64,000 nucleotides of DNA from Syntrophorhabdaceae bacterium (lineage in GTDB: Bacteria > Desulfobacterota > Syntrophorhabdia > Syntrophorhabdales > Syntrophorhabdaceae). This document shows positions 29,610 to 39,866 of the stretch, one piece after another (the first letter of the stretch is position 1; each line of letters starts with the position of its first letter). The DNA is taken from NCBI GenBank assembly GCA_963665295.1, contig OY762209.1:3168001-3232000 (forward strand), given 5' to 3'. Below the pieces are notes generated by a model. It was given only the letters and a program-made list of their open reading frames with translations. It was not told the DNA's origin and searched no databases. Made by a program: the position numbers and the translations under genes.

Positions 29610-30605
29610 ATGGATAAGATAGTCGGTGCCTTTCTCGGCACACTGAACATCAGCCCCGTCTTACTGGATGTGGGAGCGTCAGGTGAACCGCCCCCTTATT
29701 GGAAATCTATTGCCGGGCATTCGGTGTACGTGGGGTTCGACCCGGACAGACGCGAGATGAGGGATATCCGGGATGGTCAGTTTGCCCGGTCTGTTATAGT
29801 CAATGAGGCCGTTACGGATGTACCGGGGAAAAAGGTGCAATTCTATCTCACATCTTACCCTTATTGCTCAAGCACCCTACCGCCCGACACGGCATCTCTG
29901 GAGGACTATTTCTTTTCTGACCTGTTTGTAGTGGAGGACAGGGTTTCCATGCCCGCGACATCGCTTAATACAGTGATTGACCGCTTGGGGTTGGATTGCG
30001 TGGACTGGTTTAAGACGGACTCCCAGGGCACCGATTTACGCCTTTTCCTGAGCCTGGACGATAGATTGCGTGATACGGTGCTTGCAGTTGATATCGAGCC
30101 GGGCCTCATTGATGCGTATGAGGGCGAAGACCTCTTTGTTGATGCGCACAGGGAGCTTTTGCGGCAAGGTTTTTGGCTATGCACCCTTAACGTCTTCGGC
30201 AGTGTGCGTTTAAAACGACGCACGGTGAGGAACCTCCTGGAACGTTCTGTTGAATTGAACGACGGCGTGATCAACGCAGCCATAAAGACCAGCCCCGGTT
30301 GGTGTGAGGCGCGCTATCTACGCACAACGAAATCACTTGCGAACATGGGTGCAGATGCGCGCCGGTACCAATTGTTGTGGGTATTCGCGATCACGGAAGG
30401 ACAGTGGGGTTACGCTCTGGACGTTGCCGACGCTTACGAGAAGCGATTCGGTGGGGGTGATATTTCGAAACAGATGTTTGATGTGCCGCTGAAGAAGATA
30501 CTGGCTTTTAGGCCGAGCCGTATGAGGACTATAGCGGGAAAATTCATCCCGAAACCTATTAAACAGCAGCTAAAAAGGTTTCTCAAAAGCACGGTATTGA
30601 AGTAA
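29610..30605 (+). CDS. FkbM-like methyltransferase
   Basis: LLDVGASG, VGFDPD, DWFKTDSQG.DL, YEGE.LF. Confidence 0.72.
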   Translation: MDKIVGAFLGTLNISPVLLDVGASGEPPPYWKSIAGHSVYVGFDPDRREMRDIRDGQFARSVIVNEAVTDVPGKKVQFYLTSYPYCSSTLPPDTASLEDYFFSDLFVVEDRVSMPATSLNTVIDRLGLDCVDWFKTDSQGTDLRLFLSLDDRLRDTVLAVDIEPGLIDAYEGEDLFVDAHRELLRQGFWLCTLNVFGSVRLKRRTVRNLLERSVELNDGVINAAIKTSPGWCEARYLRTTKSLANMGADARRYQLLWVFAITEGQWGYALDVADAYEKRFGGGDISKQMFDVPLKKILAFRPSRMRTIAGKFIPKPIKQQLKRFLKSTVLK

Positions 30606-30655
30606 ATCGATAGATTGTAGCGGTCTTTGAACAAGTCTGAAGTACACAATCGCCC

Positions 30656-31465
30656 ATGAGAAGGATACTACGCCCAATCAAGAACCTGCTGGTGAAGAGA
30701 ATACCGAAGTCGATTCTCAAACCTTTGACGGAGATGGAATGCGCAGTGGCAAAGCGTTGGGTATCAAACGCTCACCGACGCCTGATGACGGTTGAGTGGT
30801 CCAACCCGCCGGAGCCTGAATTCTTCGACCACCAGATCGATCTCTTTCACCAGTGGCTTGCCGGAAGAAACCCTCTGTGGCTGGAACGAGGCATTTTCGG
30901 GGGATTGGCGCTACGAGGGGGAGCCGTGTTGGAGCTTTCCTGCGGGGACGGTTTTAACGCGCGTAACTTTTACAGTTTACGGGCCGGACGGGTTGTCGCC
31001 TGTGATTTTGACCCGGAGGCGATAAAGACGGCACAAGAAAAGAACAGCGCCTCCAATATTGAGTTCCTGTTGGCGGATATCCGTACGGGGATGCCGGAAG
31101 GCCGATTTGAAAATGTCGTCTGGGACGCGGCAATCGAGCATTTTACTCCCGCTGAAATAACAAGTATTTTGGAGGGCATAAGATCAAGATTAACGGATGA
31201 CGGCGTGCTGAGCGGCTACACCATCGTGCGAAGGGCCGACGGCAACAAATCGTTATCCCAGCACGAATATGAATTTGAAAGCAAAGAACACCTCATACGC
31301 TTTTTATCCCCATATTTCAAGAATGTGACCGTGTTCGAAACTAATTATCCCGAGAGACACAATCTGTACTTCTGGGCTTCCGATGGCGTGTTGCCATTCG
31401 GGGCGGGCTGGTCAAAAGCGATCACTTACCAAAGGGAGAGTCCTTATGAAGAACGCTCTTCGTGA
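30656..31465 (+). CDS. Class I SAM-dependent methyltransferase
   Basis: VLELSCGDG, VVACDFD, AIEHF. Confidence 0.8.
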   Translation: MRRILRPIKNLLVKRIPKSILKPLTEMECAVAKRWVSNAHRRLMTVEWSNPPEPEFFDHQIDLFHQWLAGRNPLWLERGIFGGLALRGGAVLELSCGDGFNARNFYSLRAGRVVACDFDPEAIKTAQEKNSASNIEFLLADIRTGMPEGRFENVVWDAAIEHFTPAEITSILEGIRSRLTDDGVLSGYTIVRRADGNKSLSQHEYEFESKEHLIRFLSPYFKNVTVFETNYPERHNLYFWASDGVLPFGAGWSKAITYQRESPYEERSS

Positions 31466-32429
31466 AAGACGGGTGCTTATTACGGGCGGCATGGGATTCA
31501 TCGGCGCCAACCTGGCCCATCGTCTGGTAGACTTGCAGGCAAATGTTACGCTGGTAGACAGTCTCATACCCGAGTACGGCGGTAACCTCTTCAACATCAC
31601 GGGTATCGAGAATCAGGTGAGAGTCAACATCTCCGACGTTCGCGACACGCACAGTATGCGTTACCTTGTACAGGGGCAGGACTATCTCTTCAATCTGGCC
31701 GGGCAGACAAGTCATATGGACTCTATGCAGGATCCATATGTCGATCTGGAGATCAACTGCCGCGCACAGCTTTCCATTCTGGAGGCTTGCAGGAAATACA
31801 ATCCCGGCATCAAGATTGTCTTTGCAAGCACCCGTCAACTCTACGGCAAACCAGACTATCTGCCGGTGGATGAAAAACACCTTTTACGTCCTGTGGATAT
31901 AAATGGGATCAACAAGATGGCCGGCGAGTGGTACCACATCCTTTATAACAATGTATACGGCATCCGTGCATGCGCTCTACGCCTCACGAATACCTATGGC
32001 CCGCGAATGAGGGTAAAAGATGCACGGCAGACATTTCTCGGTATCTGGGTTCGACTGCTGATCGAAGGCAAGCAGTTTGAGGTTTGGGAAGGAGACCAAC
32101 TTCGGGACTTTTCATATGTCGACGATGTGGTGGAGGCTCTTATCCGGGCAGCCGTTAGTGGTGACGTTAACGGAAAGGTACTGAATGTGGGAAGTGACCG
32201 GATAGTGAGCCTCAAAGCGCTTGCCGACCTGATGGTACAGATCAATGGTAAGGGAGGATATGATGTATGTTTCTTTCCTTCTGATCGCAAGCGGATCGAC
32301 ATAGGCGACTATTACGCCGACGATCGTGCGATCCGTGAATTACTACAGTGGCAACCCGGTGTTTCCCTTGCCGAAGGCCTCACTCGCACAATTGATTTCT
32401 ACAACAAAAACCTGAAGCATTACATATAA
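31446..32429 (+). CDS. NAD-dependent NDP-sugar epimerase/dehydratase
   Basis: LITGGMGFIG, FNLAGQ, STRQLYG, RLTNTYGP, QLRDFSYVDD; usual YxxxK appears as NGINK; start set at ATG 31446 after GGAGAG. Confidence 0.87.
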   Translation: MKNALRERRVLITGGMGFIGANLAHRLVDLQANVTLVDSLIPEYGGNLFNITGIENQVRVNISDVRDTHSMRYLVQGQDYLFNLAGQTSHMDSMQDPYVDLEINCRAQLSILEACRKYNPGIKIVFASTRQLYGKPDYLPVDEKHLLRPVDINGINKMAGEWYHILYNNVYGIRACALRLTNTYGPRMRVKDARQTFLGIWVRLLIEGKQFEVWEGDQLRDFSYVDDVVEALIRAAVSGDVNGKVLNVGSDRIVSLKALADLMVQINGKGGYDVCFFPSDRKRIDIGDYYADDRAIRELLQWQPGVSLAEGLTRTIDFYNKNLKHYI

Positions 32430-32436
32430 AGCGACC

Positions 32437-33492
32437 ATGTTCTCTTTCTGCACATATTTTGACCGGAACTATCTGCCGCGCGGATTGGCGCTCTATGATT
32501 CTCTCGCACGTCACTGCCGGAACTTCACGCTATGGATACTCTGCATGGATCAGGAATGCTATCGTGTACTCCGGGACATGGATTTGCCTGATGTCCGTTT
32601 GATAACCCTCGATGAATTTGAGCGTGGCGACGCAGATTTGAAATCGGCAAAGGGCAATAGAACGACGATCGAATATTACTTTACATGTACTCCATCGCTT
32701 CCGCTCTTTGTTTTGAGAGCCCGGCCGGAAGTCGATCTGATTACGTACCTGGACGCTGATATGTTCTTTTTCGCTGATCCGGAGCCCATATTTGATGAAT
32801 TTGGCAGCGGATCCGTTCTCATCATTCCTCACAGATTTGCACCGGAGCACAAATACCTCGAAGTGCTGGGGATCTACAATGTTGGATTCCTTTCGTTTCG
32901 CAATGACAGATATGGGAAGGAATGTCTGCAGTGGTGGCGGGAGCGTTGTTTGCAGTGGTGTTATGACAGACCCGAAGAAGACAGGTATGCCGACCAGAAG
33001 TACCTGGACGATTGGCCGTCAATGTTTCCTGAAGTTGTTACTTTACGGTGCAAGGGGGCAAATCTGGCAGCCTGGAATGCCGGACAATATGACCTGAAAG
33101 GCGAAGAGAATGAGGTGCTTGTTGATGAAGATCGCCTCATTTTTTACCATTTCCACAGCCTTAGGATTATGCACCCCTTCTATTTTGATCCGGCATTGGT
33201 TTTTTACGGTGTTGGTCTGAGCCGAGTGCTGAAGAATCAGATATATGCCCCTTACCTGGAGACCATTCGGAACAAAATACGGCTTTTGGATCAATATTCC
33301 TCCGGTACTTTGCGTGGGGGTATTCAGAAAGGGCGCACCACGTTAAGAAGCGTGTATGAAATGATCGCGGTTAATCCTATACTCTTTCTAAGCGGTCGCG
33401 ATATTCTGGAGCTCGATATGAGACCTTTGCTCAAATTGGTGTCGAGAGCAAAAAGAGTGCTCTTCGATTCGTCTGCCCGGGCGACCGGTTAG
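32437..33492 (+). CDS. Putative GT-A glycosyltransferase
   Basis: FCTYFD.NYL.RGLAL, YLDADMFFF (DxD), YNVG, YADQKYLD. Confidence 0.72.
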   Translation: MFSFCTYFDRNYLPRGLALYDSLARHCRNFTLWILCMDQECYRVLRDMDLPDVRLITLDEFERGDADLKSAKGNRTTIEYYFTCTPSLPLFVLRARPEVDLITYLDADMFFFADPEPIFDEFGSGSVLIIPHRFAPEHKYLEVLGIYNVGFLSFRNDRYGKECLQWWRERCLQWCYDRPEEDRYADQKYLDDWPSMFPEVVTLRCKGANLAAWNAGQYDLKGEENEVLVDEDRLIFYHFHSLRIMHPFYFDPALVFYGVGLSRVLKNQIYAPYLETIRNKIRLLDQYSSGTLRGGIQKGRTTLRSVYEMIAVNPILFLSGRDILELDMRPLLKLVSRAKRVLFDSSARATG

Positions 33493-33572
33493 TTCAATCA
33501 AAAATTGCAGCACCATTAACCCGATAGGTGTTTTCGATATCATTCAGTATCTGAGCTTTGCATGGAGAAAGA

Positions 33573-34469
33573 ATGAAAAAGGTTCTCTCAACTGTCCTTG
33601 ACCGGCTGCCATATGTCGGGCAGCTCCGCCACCGGATAATGGAACAAGGGCAATTTCTTGCCGGTCACTATCATTCCCCCGTACCTGACAAGCAGGACGC
33701 AATCAGCTACGTGAAATCCAGAAATCCGGCCGGTATCGAGCTTCCGGACATCGACCTTAATACGGATAGACAATTTGCCCTCCTTCAGGAATTCCATCAG
33801 TTTTACAGAGAACTGCCGTTTCCTGAAACACAAAGCCCAAATTGCAGATATTATTATGACAATACCTGGTTTCGTTATGCGGACGCCATTTTCCTGTACA
33901 GTTTTCTCAGGAATAATAAACCGAAGAGAATAGTAGAGGTGGGATCAGGATTTACCTCGGCGGTCATCCTGGACACTATAGAGAAATTTTTTCCGGAACA
34001 GTCGGAGATTACCTTTATCGACCCACATCCGGACCGTCTCTTCAGCATGATGAGGGCCGTTGACAAGGATGTCTGCCGAGTCATTGCCGAACCGGTCCAA
34101 AAAGTGCCTGCTGACGTGTTTGAGGCATTGGACTCCGGTGACTTGCTCTTTATCGACTCAAGTCACGTCGTAAAATGTGGCAGCGATCTTCAGTTGTTGA
34201 TGTTCGATATTCTGCCGCGGTTATCCTCCGGTGTCTTCGTCCATTTTCATGATGTATTTTATCCCTTTGAATACCCGCCTGAATGGCTGGACCAGGGTAT
34301 TTACTGGAATGAGGACTACTTCCTTAGAGCTTTCCTTTCCTACAACAGGGCATGGAGCATACATTTTTTCGGCGCCTACACAGCAGTCGCATTTCAAAGT
34401 TATTTAGAAGAGAAGATGCCTCTTTGCCTTAAGGACAGTGGCGGTAGTATTTACATCAGGAAGGTCTGA
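33573..34469 (+). CDS. Class I SAM-dependent methyltransferase (Methyltransf_24-like)
   Basis: GHYHSP.P, IVEVGSG, LFIDSSH, VHFHD, WNE.Y. Confidence 0.82.
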   Translation: MKKVLSTVLDRLPYVGQLRHRIMEQGQFLAGHYHSPVPDKQDAISYVKSRNPAGIELPDIDLNTDRQFALLQEFHQFYRELPFPETQSPNCRYYYDNTWFRYADAIFLYSFLRNNKPKRIVEVGSGFTSAVILDTIEKFFPEQSEITFIDPHPDRLFSMMRAVDKDVCRVIAEPVQKVPADVFEALDSGDLLFIDSSHVVKCGSDLQLLMFDILPRLSSGVFVHFHDVFYPFEYPPEWLDQGIYWNEDYFLRAFLSYNRAWSIHFFGAYTAVAFQSYLEEKMPLCLKDSGGSIYIRKV

Positions 34470-34612
34470 GGGGAGACGGCCACGGCGTTTCGGAAAACCA
34501 TAGCGTGTCCGGGACTTCCGATAGAATGGTCGGCGCCTCCACGTTTCGCCCCTGTGGCCGGGACGGCCAATGAATGCTTTATCCGGCGCTATATGGAGGA
34601 GGTAATTTCAGA

Positions 34613-35473
34613 ATGACACAACAAGACGTAATCGACGAGATTCTTGAAAGTGTAATTGCAGCCTACAAGACTTCTCCCATCGATCTCCTTGGGATAAATG
34701 ACGGAGAAGGCGAATACAACTACATTGAGAGTACAAGAACGAGTTATGCGAGGGCTCTTAGGGACATAATGGAAATTAGTGGTTTCATGCCGTCTCGGGA
34801 CCGACCCAAAGTGAAAGTGTTGGAGATAGGGGCGTTCTTGGGCGTTTTGAGCGTCGCTCTCGCCAGGATGGGTTTCTCCGTGACGGCCAGCGATATCCCT
34901 GAGTTCGGAAAGGCGGATGCACTTCTTCGGAAGTATGTGGATAACGATATAGATTTTGAATTCTTCAACCTGCGGGAATATCAAATTCCCTTTGAATCCG
35001 AGTCATATGATCTCGTGGTCATGTGCGCCACTCTGGAACATTTGAATTTTAACCCCATTCCTGTGTTATACGAAATCAACAGGATCTTGAAGAAGGACGG
35101 TTCCCTGTATTTAACGTTGCCTAATATCGCAAGCCTGAACCACCGGATTTCTTTGCTGAAAGGTAGATCGATACACTATCCGATCAAGAATTTTTTCGCT
35201 CAACTGGACAGGAACGACAACATGATTGTCGGCATCCACTGGAGAGAATACAGCACGGAGGAAACCAGAGAATTACTGGAAAATACAGGTTTTAGCGTCA
35301 CGAAACAGTATCTCTACTCCGAATACGAAGGGTTCTCAAGACTTTCCTTGAAGAATATGGTCAAACAGAGTATCCGCAATCTGTTTCCCGCCACAAGAGA
35401 CCTGCATGTCGCCATAGCCAGGAAGGAGGAATACTCCAGGCCGAATTTCTATCTCTGTGAGGCAAACAAATGA
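34613..35473 (+). CDS. Class I SAM-dependent methyltransferase
   Basis: VLEIGAFLG, PFESESYD, LEHL, LTLPN, HWREY; GGAGGAGG RBS before ATG 34613. Confidence 0.83.
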   Translation: MTQQDVIDEILESVIAAYKTSPIDLLGINDGEGEYNYIESTRTSYARALRDIMEISGFMPSRDRPKVKVLEIGAFLGVLSVALARMGFSVTASDIPEFGKADALLRKYVDNDIDFEFFNLREYQIPFESESYDLVVMCATLEHLNFNPIPVLYEINRILKKDGSLYLTLPNIASLNHRISLLKGRSIHYPIKNFFAQLDRNDNMIVGIHWREYSTEETRELLENTGFSVTKQYLYSEYEGFSRLSLKNMVKQSIRNLFPATRDLHVAIARKEEYSRPNFYLCEANK

Positions 35474-36321
35474 CCTTGCCGAAGATCAGCATAGTGACGC
35501 CTTCGTTTAACCAGGGACGGTTTCTGGAAGAGACGATCCAATCGGTGATCCTTCAAAATTACCAGGATATGGAATATCTGATAATGGATGGAGGGAGCAC
35601 GGATGACAGCGCGCAAATCATCAGGAAGTACGAACCCCGGTTAACATACTGGGTCAGCGAAAGAGACAAGGGGCAAGCAGATGCCATTTTTCGAGGATTC
35701 AAGATCGCTACCGGAGATATTCTGGGATATTTGAACTCCGACGACCTTTTGTTGCCGGGGGCATTAGACGCTGTGAGCGAGTATTTCCAAGCTCACCCCC
35801 ATGCTGATGCCGTCGTCGGAGGTTCCTTCCTTATTGACGGGACATCGGCCCCGATTCTGCTGAAAAAGGGCTTCTTCCTGCCCAACTGTAATGTGGGCAC
35901 CCGGATAACCCATCACCGGCTTCTCTACTATTATTGCACCGGATTTCATCAGCCCGCCGTCTTTTGGCGCCGCACTGCTTACGAGAAGGCGGGAGGTTTC
36001 GATACCTCTTTGTCGTTCAGCTTCGATTACGACCTGTTTCTCCGTCTTTCCAAGGCCAAGCCCTTCGGAAAGATAACGCGATTTCTTGCTGCGTTTCGTG
36101 AGCACGAAAGCAGCAAAAGCAACACAATACGGGATGTTATGTGCCGCGAGAATGAACTTCTTTGGAAACGATACGGCCGGTATAAGAAATCCGTACTCTA
36201 TCTTCGTACGGTTCATGAGTTCTACAAACGATTGGACAGATTCAACTATTTCAACACCTACGCCAGGTTCCGGCTGGGTGTTTCGAGGTTTCCCTCACAG
36301 TACCTGACCGACAGGACCTGA
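35470..36321 (+). CDS. Glycosyltransferase family 2
   Basis: ISIVTPSFNQ, DGGSTD, D.GQ.DA, LNSDD, QPAVFWRR. Confidence 0.92.
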   Translation: MTLPKISIVTPSFNQGRFLEETIQSVILQNYQDMEYLIMDGGSTDDSAQIIRKYEPRLTYWVSERDKGQADAIFRGFKIATGDILGYLNSDDLLLPGALDAVSEYFQAHPHADAVVGGSFLIDGTSAPILLKKGFFLPNCNVGTRITHHRLLYYYCTGFHQPAVFWRRTAYEKAGGFDTSLSFSFDYDLFLRLSKAKPFGKITRFLAAFREHESSKSNTIRDVMCRENELLWKRYGRYKKSVLYLRTVHEFYKRLDRFNYFNTYARFRLGVSRFPSQYLTDRT

Positions 36322-36322
36322 G

Positions 36323-37597
36323 ATGCCATACCGAATCCTCATGTTTGCCGTCGGTTTTGCCCCCCTGGCGAACCCGGAAGCAATAGTAAACTCAAAACTG
36401 GCCTTGGCCTTTCTCGATGCGGGATGGGAGGTGGACGTAGTCACAAGGAACCTGTCGGGAGTGTGCAGCTATGACTATGGGTCAGACTGGGTGGATCCAT
36501 GGCTGCCATTGAGGCCTATTACCCATGCACCCGACTATTCGTCGGAAGGCAGTGTAAAGCGCATCATCGACACCGTTTGGAGCGGCTTGGAGTCGGGTCA
36601 CCCTGTGGATGGCTGCAGATGGGCCGTGAAGGCCCTCAGCCTGGCATTAGGCTTACACTATAGGAACCCTTACGATTTTGTCATCTCCCGTGCATTGCCT
36701 GATTCATCTCACTTGCCCGCCATGATTTTTGCGGAGAAGACAGGAACTCCATGGATCGCAAATTGGAACGATCCTGCGCCAGGGAAAATGCCTTATCCCT
36801 ATGGAAAAGGCAAGGATACCTATTTGGGCCTATTCTACGAAAGGTTGTTAAGAAATGTTGAGAAGAAAGCGGACTGGTACACCTTTCCTTCGGACAGATT
36901 GAGGAACTACATCGGAAGCTATCTTAAGGTTGATATCCAAAAGAGATCTCATGTTATTCCTCATGTTGCCCTGAAAGGGACCGGGGTAGGCTCAAAAGGA
37001 AAGAACGGGTACTTCACTCTGTGTCATGCGGGGAGTCTTTATAATGGCCGTGACCCCGAACCGTTTCTTGTTGGATTGAGAAGATTCCTGCAAACGACAA
37101 GAGTGCAAAACAGAATCAGGTTGGTTCTGGTGGGCCTTGAGACTGCGGCGTTGGAGAGTCTGGCGAAGGAATTGGGATTGGATTCGAACATAAATATCAT
37201 GGGTTCTCTTGGTTATTCTGAAACGCTCAGGTGTCTCGGGAATTCAAGCGTCGGACTGATAATAGAAGGCCGGCACAAGGAAGGGATATTTCTTCCCTCA
37301 AAATTTGTGGACTATGTACAGGCCGGCAAACCGGTTCTTGCGGTTACGCCCAGGCAAAGCGTGTTGACGGATCTCATCTCCAAACATGGCGGAGGTATCG
37401 CAGTCGACTGCAGTTCTTCCGAGGAAATATCGGCGGCCTTGAAAACCCTTTATGACAGTTCGCAAAATGGGACTTTGCAGGAGCGATACAAGCCGGATCG
37501 TCTTTACGGACTGTTCGCGCCGGAGGCCATCGTCGCGCAATATGACGACATTTTCGGAAGACTGGCAAAATCGAAGACACAACGGAAGGTCAGATGA
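36323..37597 (+). CDS. GT-B glycosyltransferase (GT4-like)
   Basis: W.DP, HAGSLY.GR.P, PSK..DY...GKPVL. Confidence 0.78.
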   Translation: MPYRILMFAVGFAPLANPEAIVNSKLALAFLDAGWEVDVVTRNLSGVCSYDYGSDWVDPWLPLRPITHAPDYSSEGSVKRIIDTVWSGLESGHPVDGCRWAVKALSLALGLHYRNPYDFVISRALPDSSHLPAMIFAEKTGTPWIANWNDPAPGKMPYPYGKGKDTYLGLFYERLLRNVEKKADWYTFPSDRLRNYIGSYLKVDIQKRSHVIPHVALKGTGVGSKGKNGYFTLCHAGSLYNGRDPEPFLVGLRRFLQTTRVQNRIRLVLVGLETAALESLAKELGLDSNINIMGSLGYSETLRCLGNSSVGLIIEGRHKEGIFLPSKFVDYVQAGKPVLAVTPRQSVLTDLISKHGGGIAVDCSSSEEISAALKTLYDSSQNGTLQERYKPDRLYGLFAPEAIVAQYDDIFGRLAKSKTQRKVR

Positions 37598-38379
37598 ATA
37601 TTAAAGAACTGCAGAGGAATTGGGACGAATTCGGGAAGACGGACCCGCTGTGGTCGATACTGACTGAATTCGGGAAACAGAATAATAAATGGGACCTTAA
37701 CGAGTTTTTTCAAACGGGTCATAAAGAGATCGAGGAGTTGATTAATTACACCGGCTCCCTGGGGATAACATACAGGAGGAGAAACGCGTTGGATTTCGGC
37801 TGCGGTGTGGGCAGGCTCACACAAGCGCTGGGTGAATATTTTGACGAAGTGATAGGCGTCGACATTTCACCCCATATGATCGACTTGGCAAACAGGCACA
37901 ACAGGCACGGCGACAGGTGTAAATATTATTTGAACCGGACCAGCGCCCTCAGTTTCCTGGATGACCGCAGTATAGATTTCATTTACTCCAATCTTGTTTT
38001 GCAGCACATGTTGCCTGTTTACTCCAGGCGCTATATAAAGGAGTTTCTGAGGATACTCTCCTTGGAAGGGGTTCTTGTATTCCAGCAGCCATATAGAGAA
38101 ATGCCCGGAAGAGACGGTGGGCTCATCAGGACTATGGCCAAAAATGTCCTCCCATCCGTACTGGTTGATCTCTTCAGAAATAAAGTGCAGAGTGGACGGT
38201 GCAAGGGTCCGAAAATGGAAATGTATGAGGTAAGGCCTGAACAGATGACGAAGTTCCTTGTCAGAAGAGGATCGATCGTCGCCGACATCAGAAGGAAGAC
38301 GAATGAGGGCTCTAACTGGATAAGTACGTTCTATTTCGTGAAGAAAACAGATGAGCGAAACGGGACAGGCAGGACATAA
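37594..38379 (+). CDS. Class I SAM-dependent methyltransferase
   Basis: ALDFGCGVGRL, GVDIS, LVLQH. Confidence 0.85.
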   Translation: MNIKELQRNWDEFGKTDPLWSILTEFGKQNNKWDLNEFFQTGHKEIEELINYTGSLGITYRRRNALDFGCGVGRLTQALGEYFDEVIGVDISPHMIDLANRHNRHGDRCKYYLNRTSALSFLDDRSIDFIYSNLVLQHMLPVYSRRYIKEFLRILSLEGVLVFQQPYREMPGRDGGLIRTMAKNVLPSVLVDLFRNKVQSGRCKGPKMEMYEVRPEQMTKFLVRRGSIVADIRRKTNEGSNWISTFYFVKKTDERNGTGRT

Positions 38380-38408
38380 CGGTGTGCCGCAAGACGAGAT
38401 AGAAAAGA

Positions 38409-39845
38409 ATGTTATTTAACTCCCATATCTTCATCATTTTCATCTTCGTCATCTACCTTTTGTTTGAAATCACCAACAGTTGGAAAGCACAAAAAATAGT
38501 TCTGCTTTTGGCAAGTTATGTCTTTTATGGTTGGGTAAATCCACTATTTCCCTTAATTCTGGTCGTGTCTACGGTGATAAACTTCTTCCTGGCGGGCCGG
38601 ATAGTACAAAGCAGGGACGGATCAGGCAAACGGCTTGCCATGGTAATAAGTCTGGTTCTCAACCTGGGGTTGTTACTGGTTTTGAAATATGGAGACTTCT
38701 TTTTGCGGAATCTTGAAAAGATCGCAGGCCTGTTGGTATCCTGGCCCCAGAGTACCAACAGGCCGCTCGACCTGTTGCTGCCGCTGGGGATATCATTCTA
38801 CACCTTTTCGATTGTCAGCTATTCCATCGACCTGCATAGAGGCGATCTGAGGCGGAGGGGGTCTTTTCAGGATGTCGCCTTGTATATCGCTTTCTTTCCC
38901 AAACTAATATCCGGTCCCATCGTGAGAGCAAAGGAATTTATGCCCCAGTGTGAGAAAAAACCTGCCCTCGATCCTTCGCTCATGTCCTGGGGGATATTCT
39001 TGTGCGCATGGGGTTTTTTTAAGAAGATGGTCATCGCGGACAACATCGCAATCTTTGTAGATTCTGTTTTTATTGACCCGGCCAACGCGAATATATGGGG
39101 TAGTTGGTTGGCCGCCTATGGCTATGCGATGCAAATATACTTTGATTTTAGCGGGTATTCGGACATTGCCATCGGTCTTGCCCTCGTTTTTGGATTTCGA
39201 TTCGGAGACAATTTCTCCAAACCCTACGGGGCGTTCGGGTTTGGTGATTTCTGGCGCCGTTGGCACATCTCCCTCTCAACATGGCTGAGAGACTATCTCT
39301 ACATTCCCCTTGGAGGAAGCAGGTTGGGAAAGGCGCGAACCTATGCAAACCTCATGTTTACTATGCTGGTTTGCGGGCTATGGCATGGCGCCCAGTGGAC
39401 CTTTGTTGTCTGGGGAGGCATCCACGGCCTGTACCTTTGCGTCGAGCGCTACATTTTCACAAAATTAAGGGTAACGCCGGCGGACGTGAATAACCTTCCT
39501 TTGTTCTACAGAGGGCTTTTCTGCGCATTTGTCTTTAATCTCGTATGTATCGCCTGGGTATTCTTTCGGGCCAATTCCATCGGTGATGCGGCCCTGATGA
39601 TACAAACCATGTTTTCGGTGAAGGGAATGTCAAACCTCGCTATGGGCCATCCTTTTCGCGCCATCATGGTCACTGGTGTAACAATACTTACGGTCCTGTG
39701 TCATTTCCTGAATCGCTCCGGAAACCTTGGGGAGTTGGTGCATCGGTTACCTGTGTGGTCTCAGGGGGTAATTGCGGGGAGTTTGATTGTCTCAAGCGTA
39801 TTATTCAAGGGGGAGGGCAGCCGGTTCATCTACTTCCAGTTTTAG
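38409..39845 (+). CDS. MBOAT O-acyltransferase (AlgI/DltB/PatA family)
   Basis: MLFNS..F, LPLGISFYTF, FFPKL..GPI.R, QIYFDFSGYSD, FWRRWHISLS, GLWHGA, FIYFQF. Confidence 0.93.
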   Translation: MLFNSHIFIIFIFVIYLLFEITNSWKAQKIVLLLASYVFYGWVNPLFPLILVVSTVINFFLAGRIVQSRDGSGKRLAMVISLVLNLGLLLVLKYGDFFLRNLEKIAGLLVSWPQSTNRPLDLLLPLGISFYTFSIVSYSIDLHRGDLRRRGSFQDVALYIAFFPKLISGPIVRAKEFMPQCEKKPALDPSLMSWGIFLCAWGFFKKMVIADNIAIFVDSVFIDPANANIWGSWLAAYGYAMQIYFDFSGYSDIAIGLALVFGFRFGDNFSKPYGAFGFGDFWRRWHISLSTWLRDYLYIPLGGSRLGKARTYANLMFTMLVCGLWHGAQWTFVVWGGIHGLYLCVERYIFTKLRVTPADVNNLPLFYRGLFCAFVFNLVCIAWVFFRANSIGDAALMIQTMFSVKGMSNLAMGHPFRAIMVTGVTILTVLCHFLNRSGNLGELVHRLPVWSQGVIAGSLIVSSVLFKGEGSRFIYFQF

Positions 39846-39866
39846 GCCGGCCCTCTGAGGAATGCA

